This document shows, one piece after another, positions 51,028 through 64,000 of a stretch of 64,000 bases of DNA (position 1 is its first letter; every line of letters begins with the position of its first letter). This stretch comes from Camelus ferus. Lineage: Eukaryota. A program made the translations under genes and the position numbers. The stretch is taken from NCBI RefSeq assembly GCF_009834535.1, contig NC_045696.1, forward strand, positions 26,104,001 through 26,168,000. Reading direction: 5' to 3'. The notes below the pieces were generated by a model. That model ran no database searches. It worked only from the letters and a program-made list of their open reading frames with translations, and had not been told where the DNA came from.

Positions 51028-51262
51028 CCAGTTAGTGTGGTGGTGAAACACATGACTCAAACTAAACTGCCTAATTTTGTCAGATAGTATCTGTGTGTCC
51101 TCAAGCAAATTACTTGACCTCTCTGAGTCTCTGTCTTCTCATTTGAAAAATGAAGATTGTAATAGTACTTACATCATAGGATTTTTGTAAAGATTGATTG
51201 AATACATATAAATTACTTAGAACAGTGCCTTGTTCACAGTGATTGCTTAATTTAACAATGAT
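51028..51262 (+). mobile_element. MIR SINE (near full length)
   Basis: gcaaattacttgacctctctgagtctctgtcttctcatttgaaaaatgaagattgtaatagtacttacatcatagg...cttagaacagtgcct. Confidence 0.88.
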
Positions 51263-52699
51263 TGTTCTGACTAAAGCAGTGTTTCTCTTCACCAAACCTA
51301 CATAATGACTAGGCTTAACTTCCCCACCTTCCATAATCACTCCTAAATAATTGTGAGTTGTCCTAGTTAAGGAAAATAAAACCAATAAATAATAATTATA
51401 CCTGTGTTTTATATGTATATATAAAATATATTCTTGCGCTAGGAATTCTTAAAAGTTATAGTGATGTGGACACCAAATCTAGGTGATAATGCCAAATTTC
51501 CAAATATCTTCTCTGTCCTGTTCCAGCTCACTCTATTATTTTGAAAGATTTTAAATCAACTGCAATTTCAAGTACCTAATGGAAAATACACTAAATATTT
51601 TTAAAGGATAAAAAAGATAAAATAATACATCAATATAGCTGAAATATATATTTGGAAGGCAGCAATAGCAGCTGCCTATGACCCTTTTATTGAGAAAATG
51701 ACCCAGAAAATGGACAAGGAAATTTCATCATTTATTTCCCACTTCTAAACCAAAGTCTTAGATGCCTTTAAATCCCCATTGGGTAAAGTTGGCTTTAGAT
51801 TGTTTATAAAACACAAATTGAGTAAGAGAATGTTGTACCTTTCCTGTTCATATTTTTTCCATCAGTGTCTAATAGAAATAAGCACTGATACTTCTTTCCT
51901 TAAAATGAACAAATAGCCTTTGATTCTTGGCATTAACACACAATAGTACCCCCATGCCATGTTCTTTCTACAAAGCACGATAAATTAAATTGTATGCACA
52001 CAGTACCATGTTAAATTGAAAGCTTAGATTCCTAGAATATTTTTCATGTTTGAATACAGATTGCTCAGAGTGGACACTCAGTGCATGAGTTGTTCAGTAG
52101 TAGCAAAGGACAGGAGAAGTGAAGCTCTTTGATCAGATGTGGAAGTAGAAATAACCAATTCATTTGTTTGATTTTGTGATAAGATAGGATTGTTTTGTCA
52201 TCATTTTTATTCCTATGGAAAATGTAAATATTCCATGTTTACAATGGAGTGAAAATGTATACATTTGTTCATGGAACTAATATTAGAAAGCATGGGTAGA
52301 CTAATGAAATAATCTACATTTCTTGCCTTCACAATGCTTGCAATTGAGTAGGGAAGAAAGATAAATAAGAAGGCGGTTAAAATATAGAGGGAAGAGCTAA
52401 TGGTAAGGATTGCTCTGGGGAGACTGAAGGAGGCACTTTAAGATCATTAAATATTTTGAGAAGAATTCCATCTCAACTTTGTAAGGAGATGTAGTCATGG
52501 GCTCCCTTTCCAAATGAAATGCAGAGTGATAGAAAATGGACTGATGTAGCTCCTTTTAATGGGATAGCTTTCCCTCTCAACACCAAGTAACACGTCTTGT
52601 AGGTGTCCTTAAAGTTAAAACCTATAAATACTCTACTTCATTAAGCATAAGTACCAGCCATGGACATATGCTACTAGTGTCCACTTTCCTTCAGAGATT

Positions 52700-53220
52700 T
52701 AGGGTGATGAGAAGATAAAGGGTCTGCTTACCAGATGGAGCTTGTCAGATTAGCAATTGGAGCAGAGTAAATATCGCTGTCATATTGTTTTTTGAAGCAC
52801 AAAGAACCCCCTTTGTATAACGCATGTGCATATTTAATAGTTTAAAACAAAACAGCTCAGCCGAAGGTTGGCTGGTGGTGTACCTCTCGCCGAGTGGCCA
52901 TTGCCTGAAGGCACGTTTCTGCTTTCCTCATAATAAGGAACATTAGCAACCAGTGGCTCGAGAAAGGCAGAGTCAAATAAGTCTCTTGGGGCCCAGTCGG
53001 CCGCGTGAAGTGAGAGCCGTTAAGACACAGCGATGAGATTACTGCTCCAGAAAGGGTTTACCACGTATATTACCACACAGACTGTGCAGGGCTGCCAGCT
53101 CACTCAACTTACAAATGTCAGACATGATTTAAAAGGTTATTACACTATCACGAGGGAAGGAGGATGATTTTCCATCACTGAAATTTTCCATCACTGAAAT
53201 TTCTATTTCGTTCTGTTGCA
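52700..53220. promoter_or_regulatory. Putative conserved non-coding element / enhancer (CpG-retaining)
   Basis: About 15 CpGs in 52770-53210, counted by eye, against a strongly CpG-depleted background; no repeat similarity. Confidence 0.5.
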
Positions 53221-56200
53221 CATACTGCATCTCACAAAGTCCAATATTGCTAAATAACCTGCTTTTATCTTTAATGAGTGCTTTATGGACCTTAAATTGG
53301 AAGAACCATTTTCACTTTATTTGTGTTAGAAAATTTGATCTTTTCTGGTCGAATAGCAGTGTGACAAATTTGGTATGTGCATCTATGTATTGTGCTTAGA
53401 AGATTGTTCTTACGAGAGGAGTAAATTTATTTGTAATATGTCAGTTAGGGAGAGGATAGGTAGGTGAGCTGTAGTTTTTGCCAAATGGATTTGTAAGTCT
53501 GCAGTATTTTACACTAAAATGATCAGATAAAGTTCTCTATATTTCATTATTTATTTTTCTTTGGGTATTTTTTTTTAATAACTGGTCTTGAAAGAGTGTA
53601 CTTTCCCAGTTCTTTGACCCCTTGGAGAATATTTATTAGCTCTTAAGGACTCTGTCAGTTGTCCTAGATCATGAGTTGAGTTAAGCATGGTGATACTTGA
53701 AGAATTGCTCAATAAAAGTAAATGGCTGTTTTGCTTTGACTTTAAGGAGAGTTTTGACCCGTGTTTTGCAACATTTGAAAATTAAATAATCTTTGAGTGT
53801 AGCTGTTAAAATATACAATAAACATCAAATTGTCAATGTGGAATTTTTAAACACTGCATTTATAAAAGAGGTTAAACAAGGGGTATCAACTGCCCTTGTG
53901 GAAGCATTCTTCACTGGATCGCCCAGCAAATCACTGTGATTGCTTTTTCTGAGTATTAGACTATAAAACTGAAGGTTGCCTACGTACCCAAGTCCCAGAA
54001 TGTGCCGTGCACAGCAATACATTACCACTATAAGCTGACACATTTGGGGATGGTGTTCTCAGGTGGGCTGTAAAAAGTACAGAAGAGTACAGTATATGGT
54101 GTTGAGATATTGTCAGTTTCCCCCTTTATCTCCAACTCTGAACCATTAAATTAAAGTCTGTAAATTCACTCATGTTCACATGGGCATTATCTAAATTAAA
54201 TTAAAGCCTATGGTAGAAAGCATTCTCAGCCTGAAGGATAACATCTTTGCTACAAGTTCAGTATCTGTTTTAAAGTTATCATTTGTCATGAGTGTAAAAA
54301 AGAAGATCACAAAAGAAGAAAAATAAAACAAAAACTACTTTGAATTTTGAAAAAACTACTAGACTTGCATGTGAAAATAGTACTAAAACAATTAAATGTT
54401 TTCAAAGTTTTTCAGAGTATAAAATTAGTTTTATAATATTTAAATGAGAGTAAATCTGAATATCCACCCAGGAAATTATATGTATGTGTGAGTATCCTTT
54501 ATTCTTCCTCAGGAAAAAAAAACTGACTTGAAGAATTTATGTACTAAATATTTATTTCAGGTAACTTCTTTATTGTTATAAAAATATATCAATAAGACAT
54601 GGGAATATTTTAAATTTAGGAAATAATGAGACCATCCTCTTTCCCCCTTTTCATTCAAATAGTAACAATAGAAATAAAAGAATCATTTTAAATAGTAAAT
54701 GAAAATAAATGTATTGTTCTTTTTTGAAGTTTGCTCAAATAGTAAATTTACTACAATAATGTGTTTATATATTCAGTAACCAATGATGTATTTATGCAAG
54801 TATTGGATTAAAAATGAACCCTGTTTAAATACTTCAAAATATTATTGTATTCTAATTGGAAACTCCCTTTCACAAATCTCTCACATGATTTTTTCTGAGA
54901 GCTGTTAGTACAATGGATTACAATTTGATTAATAAAATATAAATCCATGTTCACACCTTTTAAAATTATTCAATTATTTGTGTAAATCAAAGTATATGTG
55001 TAAACTCAAAGTTATGAAGTATGATTATTAATATAATGAAATATATCTCACATTAAATTATAAAATACAATAAAAGCATTCGTTCTATAGCAGAATCTTA
55101 GCATCTATTAAAATAAACATACATTTAAAAAAATGCAATATACAACCATTATTTCAAGAGGTATGTTCACTACTAGACCAATAAAGCTATTTTCTGAAAG
55201 CCAAATTGAATTTCAAAAATAAATTTTCTTTAAAAAAGATGGAGACATAAACCATCTAACATAAAACTTGTTTATGTCAGTCTGTATGTAGGATAAATTT
55301 ATCTTCTTGTAGTTCTATAACAGAATTATTAATTGGCATCTCATAGCTTAGTTTAAGAATTAGAAGAATGTTATCCTAGAAGCTTTGTTTTCAAAAGTCA
55401 TTAGAACATTTATTTAGAAACTTCAGTCTGAAAATCAAATGTCATGCTGATGTTGTTTTGCTCCTTCTAGAAACAAAGGCGTTGTGTATGAAAGGACATT
55501 ATCTCTACATTTGACAAAATAGAGTATTGCTTTTCATTCTAGTTATCCTTGAAAAATGTTCAATAAATGCATCCTCGCCACCTCATCTCCAACCTCAAAA
55601 TGGATACCGTATCACCTTAAATATCTTATTTTATAAAACACCTGCAGCTTTGAACATGCATAACATAGCCATCTGGAAAATAAAGCACATTTAGTGTTTC
55701 TGACAACTAAATTTCATTGGGTCAGAAATCAAGTTACTCTTGCAACCCTGTCCAAGCTTTAAGATTTAGTTCATTTCTGTTGTTGGGTGGTATGAAAGTA
55801 ATGTTGGAGAGATACCAAGCTGGTATTTTTCTGCATCCAAATAGAATTGTTCTGTTGGAACCAAGTAACCTGACACTAATATCATTCTTTTATATCAGAA
55901 AACTATAGATTACAGTATATACTATAGAATTGAATCCAACCAATTCAAAATAAAGTTTATCATTTTCACCAAGGAGTTACAAACTCAAAAACATACAGGG
56001 GCCAAGAGAGTAAAGTTAATGTGGGTGGACTATAGTGAACTGGATATTCTATGTCCTGAATAAAGACAGGAACATTTTCTTTAAACACTACATAAACCTA
56101 ACCCAGGGCTCCCACTTCTAACATCTTCATGAGGTTCTAATCACTCTTCATACAAACGAATCAGGGTTTTTAATAAAAGGGGGAGTGGAGATATTTTTTG

Positions 56201-57246
56201 TCAAATCTGGGAAATATATGAAATTTGTTTTGGAAACACCGGAGTTAAATTAAAAATATTAACTATAGGTGAGGTGGGTAGATGAGATTTCACTTCATTA
56301 AATGAAAACATGTCAATTTTTTTCCTACTAAAGTGCATTCATACAAAGAGTACATATCCGATGTGTATTTAAAGAAACTTAAATGTGAATATTAATTTGA
56401 AAATTTTTAGAAAATATGGCATTCATTTTTTTCATGCTAGAGGAACAAATATAAGCCAAATATTGAGTCATCTTCTATGTATGCTGGAAGATCTTATTTA
56501 AATTCCTTGGACTTCTGTGGGTTTTGGTTCACAGTACCATTATCAGCTTTCTAGTGACACATGAATAAAACTGTAATAAAAGATAAACACCAGGACAGAG
56601 TTAGATGTTCATGGGAGAATATCTTGGTGGGAGAAGGAACCTCTAAGTGGCCTGGGACTCTAAAAGTCATGCCAGTAACATTGGACACATCCTAACAGAC
56701 TGGAGTGAAGAGGACCTGGGAAGAGAAACAGAGACTCCTCATGCAAGATACTAGATACTAGAGTATCTGCTGAAGACTTTAAATAGTGCTGTTTCTGACC
56801 ATTCTTTGTTATCATAATATAGAGCTAGGACAGACTAATAAGGATGATCAACACCTGTCAACGTCAGTGAAATGGGTGAGCTCAGGAAATTCTATAATTT
56901 CAATAATATTTAAAATGCCTGTATTTGGATACAAAGGCATTATTTAATCCATCTTGTTCAAAATTTGTAGGTAATTTGAGAATACTGCATTCTTCTCATA
57001 TTAAGAACCTCAATACCTAGAGAAGTTAGAATAGTTGACTATATGGCCAGGATGTATACAGTAACACTGATTATATGTATACAGTAAACAGCTGATTCGG
57101 GTTTGGAACCAAGGTCTTTAGTGTAATATTTTTCCCCACCATGAATCAAGAGGATAAGTGAATTCTGGGTCCTGAGTCTAACTCAACTAAAGTGGGCCAG
57201 AGTGGGCCATAGGTATATACTTCTAAAGTGGACAGGTATTATTCTG

Positions 57247-57452
57247 CAGTAGTAGCTCTTAACCTTGGCAGCACATTAGAATTACCTAAGATTTTTTATT
57301 AAAAGATACCGATGCTCCTCCCTACCCAAGACCGTCCCACACCCAAGACCAATTCAGTCAGGATCTCTGTGGCTGGGGTCAGGTCATCAATTTTGGGAGG
57401 TTTTTAAATTCCAATTAATGCCAATTTATAGCCAGGATTGAGAAACACTGGT
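57247..57452. mobile_element. MER5A-like hAT DNA transposon
   Basis: cagtagtagctcttaaccttggcagcacattagaattacct...ccaggattgagaaacactgg. Confidence 0.78.
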
Positions 57453-57689
57453 TTAACATCTAAACAACCAAAATTTATTTTCCTTATATGTTATTTTCAT
57501 ATGTATTCTAATGTATGTTGGCTACTGTTTAGCCACATATTATGTATTCACAGCATAAATATATACGTCCATCCTTAACAGAAATATAGTTTCTGTGCTT
57601 AATTATTCTCCCCAAATACAAATTTAGGTGATTCAGGAAAAATGCAAAAATGTGAAGCCAATTAGAAGGAAAAGTGGGAAAGATGCTTC

Positions 57690-57691
<2 letters not shown>

Positions 57692-57719
<28 letters not shown>
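57692..57719. repeat. (TG)14 microsatellite
   Basis: Perfect TG run seen directly. Confidence 0.95.
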
Positions 57720-57720
<1 letters not shown>

Positions 57721-57896
57721 ATTTTTGGGTTTTTTTGTTTTTGTTTTGCTAGATTCTGGTGTTTCAATCTAGAGGCAGTGAAAAAAAGCTCCTGTTGATT
57801 GTTTACAATGTGCCTAGAGAGTCATGATTATAGAGAGATTCCTTCTTCCACACTGTCCTAGAAGAAGCCACGGGATAATGATGTAAGGCTCATCAT

Positions 57897-57958
57897 TAGG
57901 ATCACCACATTTAGCAAATAAAGATATTTGTGTTGAAGTTGATTACCTGGCAATCCTA
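57897..57958. mobile_element. Internally deleted MER53-like miniature DNA transposon
   Basis: Ends taggatcacca...tggcaatccta are imperfect inverted repeats; atttagcaaataaa follows the left end as in MER53. Confidence 0.5.
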
Positions 57959-59930
57959 TTTGTAAGAGCTTGGCTTTCAAGTTAATCTCTGAACCAGTGT
58001 TTTTAGCTTCCTACCCTGATGAGTGAAGGCAACTGCTGTGCCTGCAAAAGACAAAATGCCATCCTTTCCATCTCTAGAGACCAGCTGAAACGTCCCTCTG
58101 GACAATCCCAGGAAGAATCAAACATTTACATCAGCAAGAACCACATTTGTGCTTGCTGTTCTGTGGAGGGGTCCGCGGGGAGATGACTTATATTTAAAGC
58201 AGTGATACTTGAAAAACAGCAAGAGTAAGGCTTAGATGTCAATGTTAAAAATGATTTCTTTCATTCCTTAATATAAATTCTTCCTCTAGACAATTCATAG
58301 TAAACCCAAATGGGGAAAGTGGTATCAGACCTTAGCTCTTTTTTCCATTAAAAATGTTTGAAGACTTCAAGTTAATTTTCTATGCACTGTCTAAGATGGT
58401 CACCCAGGGATTCTTTACTCAGAGTCAGATGGCTTCTCCTATGATTCCAGTGACTGAGAGAAGAAATTTTCTCCTTGTTTTAAATTTCTGTCAATGGATC
58501 ACACACCAAATTTTGAGCACATTTATAGCAAAATTAACTGTTGCTTTAGGTAGCTAAATATAAACATAATAAAATTTAGTCCCTATTTATAGCCTGAAAA
58601 AAATTTTAGATTAAGGTTATATTTTCCACATCTCTAAAGGGAGCATTTCAGGCAGTTGAAAACCTATGAGAAATTAAATTGAGGAAGATATTTTTGGAGA
58701 TCATTTTCAGGAGAAATGAATTTCTTTTTTGTGTCCTGAGAACACTAAAGCAGATAAGAAAGCAAGACAATGGCTCCAATTCTGTTATAAAATCTCTGTA
58801 ACTGAGGATATATGAGTAGCAAAGATTTTGTCTGTGTCTACTCATCTTGTTCATTTCAAATCTGTTTCTGAAAAAAGGGAAAACATTAATTTCTAGAAAG
58901 AGCAATTGTGTCCTTCAGAAAAACTGCGTTTCTTTCCACTTGCAATGTCTTAAATTTAAATGATATTGCAAAAACTTACAAAATCTTATTTCACTGAAGA
59001 CTCAAGGTCTGTTATCAGAACAATTATTCAATATCCTGATAGGTTAAAAAAATAGAACAAAGTTATATTCTATGACCATGATTTACCAGTTCAGTGTCCT
59101 ACTATTTAAATATAGAATTCAATGTGCATAGTAGTGATGAACTTTAAGTGAAAAAAAAAACCATAATGGATTAGGTCTGATACAGCCTTTTTGTCATGAG
59201 TAAAGAGGCTAATGTAATATAAGCACTCATGAGTAATCAGATGTCTTCTGATGAGTGAATTGAAATGTCATAGCAAAAGTAATCCACCATACATTTTATT
59301 ATGAATTTTTGTGGGTAGATTTAAATTCATTTTCTGACTCATTTAATTTATTTAATCAAAACAAAATCTAAGGAGCATGAAAAATCGATTTTGGTAATAA
59401 GAGATTTACCCCAATATATGTATTCATTTCTAATTTTTTTTCTTTTCCTCATCAGTTGAATGGACTGTAATTTGTACAACCATTATTTGCAGCTTTGTTT
59501 CTAGTTTTTGCCAAAGGCCACATAATTACATACAATAAACTTTTCAAACAATATTGTATGATTGTATGTACACTAGAAAAATACCCTTAGTGTTTTCAAT
59601 AGCTCTCATCAAATGTATCTTTGACATGATTTCTCAGATTCCATCAATTAGTCATATTTTTGTACAACTGGGTTTTACAGGACAGCCAACTAGGGATAAA
59701 TGTGGCTATTTAATTGACTTCCACTGTTTTCCTCTCATCTGGCTAAGGTCATCATCATCTTTGGTGAGAATGCAATTACCAAAAATATTTTGAAGCCACT
59801 GGGTCAATGATTAAGAACAACAAAAAAAGTACATAATAAAAGTCTTCATATATCAGTCATCATGGCCATCATATTCTCCCACAGGACGCTGGAATTCAGT
59901 TAGATTCACTTGAATAAAACTAAACTACTT

Positions 59931-61343
59931 TTGTTGTTGTTGTATTTTTTTAATTAAATAATTCTTTAGTTGAAGTATAGTTGATTAATAATATAAGTTA
60001 CTGGTGTACAATATAGTGAATCACAATTTTTAAAGGTTATGCTCCATTTATAGTTATTATGAAATATAGGCTATATTCCCTGTGTTGTACAATATATCCT
60101 TGCAGAATATTTTATACCTAATAGTTTGTACCTCTTAATCCCCTACTCCTATATACCCCCTCCCCACTTCCCTCTCCCACTGGTAACGACTAGGTTGTTC
60201 TCTATGTCTGTCAGCTTCCTTTTTATTATATTCACTGGTTTGTTGTATTTTTTAGATTTCACAGATAAGTGATATCATATAGTATTTGTCTTTCTCTGAA
60301 TGACTTATTTCACTTAGCATAATGCCCTCTAAGTCCACCCTTGTTGCTGCAAATACCAAGGTTTCAGTGTTTTTATGGCTGAGTAGTATTCCATTGTATA
60401 TATACCACATCTCCTTTATCCAGTCATCTGTTGATGGACACTTAGGTTGCATCCATATCTTTGCAATTGTAAATAATGCTGCTATGAACATTGGGGTGCA
60501 TGTATCTTTTCAAATTAGTGTTTTTATTATTCAGATACATACCCAGGAGTGGAATTGCTGGGTCATATGGTAGTTCTAGTTTTTGGTTTCTTGAGAAATC
60601 TTCATACTGTTCTCCACAGTAGCTGTGCCAATTTATTCTCCCACCAACAGTGTAGGAGGGTTTCTTTTTCTCCACAACCTCACTAACATTTGTTGTTTGT
60701 TTTCTTTTTGGTAATAGCCATTCTGACAGGTGTGGTGGCTTTGATTTGCATTTCCTTGATGATTACTGAGTTTGAGCATCTTTTCATGTGTGTGTCGGCC
60801 ATCTACATTTCCTCTTTGGAAAAATGTCTACTCAGTTCTTCTGCCCATTTTTTAACCAGGTTGTTTGGTGTTTTTTGTTGTTGTTGAGTTCTATGAGCTG
60901 TTTATGTGTTGGATATAACCCCTTATCAGTCATATTATTTGCAAATACTTTCTCCTATTCAATACGTTGTCTTTTCATTTTGTTGATAGTTTCCTTTGCT
61001 GTACAGAAGCTTTTAAGTTTTATCAGGTCCCATTTGTTTATTTTTGCTTTTATTTCCTTTTTTATAGGAGACAGATCTACAAAATATTGCTATTATTTAT
61101 GTCAACGAGTGTTCTGCCTATGTTTTCCTCTAGAAATTTTATGGTATCCAGTCTTACATTTAGGTCTTTAATCCATTTTGAGTTTATTTTTGTATATGAT
61201 GTTCAAGAATGTTCTAATTTCATTCTTTTACATGTAGCTGTCCAGTTTTTCCAGCATCACTTTATTGATGAGACTGTCTTTTCTCCATTGTATATTCTTG
61301 CCTCCCTTGTTGTAGATTAATTGATTATAAATGCATGGGTTTG
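59931..61343 (-). mobile_element. Older LINE-1, 5'-truncated (about 1.4 kb), frameshifted ORF2
   Basis: [30 protein letters not shown] and [11 protein letters not shown] remnants; possible TSD actactt at 59924-59930 and 61344-61350. Confidence 0.92.
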
Positions 61344-61689
61344 ACTACTTCTAACTTCTAAAGGTTATTGCTCTATCTTGGATTATATGATACAGTTTAG
61401 TATAGATTCCTACTTCTTTTTCACAATCCATCACTTTTTGTTTCAAACAACTATCCCACTTTCTCATCCTCATCTCTCAAAACAAATGATTCAGAAAACT
61501 TTTATGGCTTTCAAAATTCTAACCTGCCTTTAGCATTTTCACATTACTCATACATGTGAAAGCCCATTGAATTTCAGCTGTTTTAAAGATTATTTTTGTA
61601 ACATTTGATACTGCATAAATAAAAACAGGTAAAGAAATGTTTTATTTATTGAATGTTTTTGTTATTACATACCTAGAGTATTTTAATTT

Positions 61690-62010
61690 TTAATTTTTTT
61701 AAGGAATAATGGGCATATAGCATTATATTAGTTTCAGGTGTGCAGCATAGTGATTTGGTATTTGTATACACTGGGATACGATAACCATAATGAGAGTTAT
61801 TGACATTAATTACCACACCTAGTTAACAATTTTTTTCTTTGTGTTCCTTGTGATGAGGACTTTTATTATCTACTTTCTTAGCAATGTTCGAACATGCAAT
61901 ACAGTATTATTAACTAGGCATCATTCAATATGTTACATCCTCATGACTTACTCATTTTATAGCTGGAAGTTTGTACCTTTTGACCCCCTTCACCCATTTT
62001 GCACCCCACC
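61690..62010 (-). mobile_element. L1MA-type 3' UTR fragment
   Basis: attagtttcaggtgtgcagcatagtgatttggtatttgtatac...ctggaagtttgtaccttttgacccccttcacccattt; same family as 19536. Confidence 0.85.
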
Positions 62011-62874
62011 TCAATATCTATGCTATTTTTATAACAGCTTGTCAGCAGTTTCAGGTGTGTTGTGATCCCCATCGTGTATCATATCATTCATGAATTGTTT
62101 GCAAATGATGACTTTCATCTGTATTATCTAGAAGCCTTTTATGAAGCCAGATTTATGAGTGCCCTTAGAGAAATAGGAAAACTCACATTCCTGTATCTAA
62201 CCCAGAGCAGGAGACAAAATGAGTTCTTTTTGTCTTACTTTTGAATTCACACATAAACCATGATGGAAGTAGTAAGATAATAAAATAGAAACCTATCTTT
62301 TTTAAGATGTTTGAATGAGTGCCAAGACAAGTCTGATAATTCATCATTTTTGTTCCCTGTCTGTAAAGTATAAAATAGATTTCTCTCAGAAGCTGAAGAG
62401 TTTGATGACTTTATGTTTTCTTATGTTAAACTTTAACTGTCTTATGTGAGAAGTACACATAGTTTGTATTATTAGTGAGTGAAAATGTCTATGGATGAAA
62501 CAGTCCATAGTCCATCATGAGAGTGAAATAGAAAACTGCCCTTCAGAATTTACTATGTCACTTGCTCATGGATATGACTCCACACACTTTTTTTTTAATT
62601 CAGAAATCTTAATTATCACCAAATATATAAATCTGCAACCTTTATTCTTCTTGCCTGATAGCTTTTAGAGTTATGCTTAATTTCACAGCTAACAGTATAA
62701 AGCTTATCTTCATTCTTAAAAAGTCTAATTGGAACTTAGCAGCTGTTTTCAATAAAAGGAAATGCCTCTTATGTGAATATGATGTAGCCTGTTCCACCTC
62801 CCATCAAGGAAAAGATCAAAAGAACAAGATAATGCATAAGTCTAACGTCATTACTTCAAAGACCACATTTTATT

Positions 62875-63285
62875 GTGTCAGTCAGGATGGGTTAGAGACT
62901 CTATGGTAACAAACAGTTCAAAGTTTTCAATTACTTTAAAAACAAACAAACAAAAATATTATCACTCCCTTGGTCTATATGCCTATTGCAGGTTGGCTGG
63001 GGCCTTGCTCTGATACAGATATTAACTTTCTTCCATCAACCAGGGTGAAGGAATATTGACAGCCTGGTAACAGTGGCAGAGGGAAAGGAAAGTTCCAGAG
63101 GCTGTTGTATCAGCATAAATGCTTTCAGCCTATAGTAACACGTCTTATTCTTCCACAGCTCATAGGCTGCAAGAGGTCACATGGCCACCCAGAACCACAA
63201 AGAAGTCAGTAAGGCAATCTAGTTATGTGTATGGAGGGAGGGGACAACCAGAAACATTTGGCAAATAGTGATAATGATTATATGG
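62875..63285. mobile_element. MLT1 (ERVL-MaLR) solo LTR, MLT1K/J-like
   Basis: tgtcagtcaggatgggttag...gtaacaaac...gcaggttggctggggccttgctc...gtcacatggccaccc...ccagaaacatttggcaaatag. Confidence 0.75.
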
Positions 63286-64000
63286 ATATTAACTACGAGT
63301 CTCCAACCCCTGTATAGACCCATTGCTACCAACCTTATTTAGTCTAGATGCTCCTTTGACTCCATGTTTGATGTCTTGACCTTTCGAAAACTGCATTGCA
63401 TTAGCCTCTTGTTCTTTAAACAGAGTTACTTTCCATGTATTATCGATGTGTTTTTTCTTTTAAGGTATTTTATGTTAGATCAAAACAAACAGTGAATATG
63501 TCATTAGTGACTAAACCCAAAGATTATGACATTGATTCAACAGGATTAAATTTTATACATGAGATTATGCTATCAAAGAGTTCGAGAATATTTCTGACTA
63601 TTCCTGGAGACAGTTTCTATGTTTTGCCTGTCATTTTATAAGTGTTAGAGATAATAGATTGTGTATCATAGAATCTTCACATCATAGGGCTGACAGGGAA
63701 TTGTTCAAATATATTATTTCTTTCATATATTTCAACAAGATTGTACACAGAGCATAATATATCAGACCACTTAGGGTGGGAAGGCAGAGAAATTATCTTG
63801 AAGTTTTATTCAGCTCATCAGAGAGCAAGGCTATCACATAACACTGCTGTGGGGAATGTACCTGCAGGTTGTTTTATTCAAAATAAGCTTACTTTTTTGA
63901 TCTTCTTGGCTAAATTTCAGTAGCATGTTTTGTCTTTTACAACAATTTCAAAATTTATATTTATATGCTTAGCTAGATTATTACCATTATTTTGTAAGCT

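Noticed and set aside
55968..56060. Possible hAT transposon end (caaggagttacaaactcaaaaacatacaggggcc)
   Set aside because: Only one end is recognisable and the family cannot be assigned reliably.
1..64000. CRISPR array, prokaryotic operon, viral genes or a novel multi-gene system
   Set aside because: No regularly spaced repeats, no gene-dense ORFs and no gag/pol/env or transposase ORFs; the content is typical eutherian non-coding DNA.

Overview
AT-rich mammalian non-coding DNA, most likely camelid. The taxon call rests on a tRNA-derived SINE at 17348-17478 that resembles the camelid vic-1 family; it is recalled from memory, not searched. I recognise no host protein-coding exon, RNA gene, CRISPR array or prokaryotic system. 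The window is a mosaic of young and old LINE-1 fragments, MIR and L2 relics, hAT-type DNA transposons (MER5, MER58 and MER53-like), one MLT1 LTR and microsatellites. Between these lie repeat-free, CpG-retaining, homeodomain-motif-rich blocks that look like conserved enhancers. Most L1s are on the minus strand, which suggests a large intron of a plus-strand gene. The only long ORF (15634-17025) is the C-terminal part of L1 ORF2. I found no convincing new biological system. The most interesting observations are L1 mechanics: (i) two independent young L1 copies share a TGG>TAG stop that removes the last 56 ORF2 codons, (ii) a 22-bp fold-back palindrome at the 5' junction of a young L1, and (iii) an ancient twin-primed 5'-inverted L1MC inside a three-level nest. 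Repeat subfamily names and the boundaries of old repeats are approximate.
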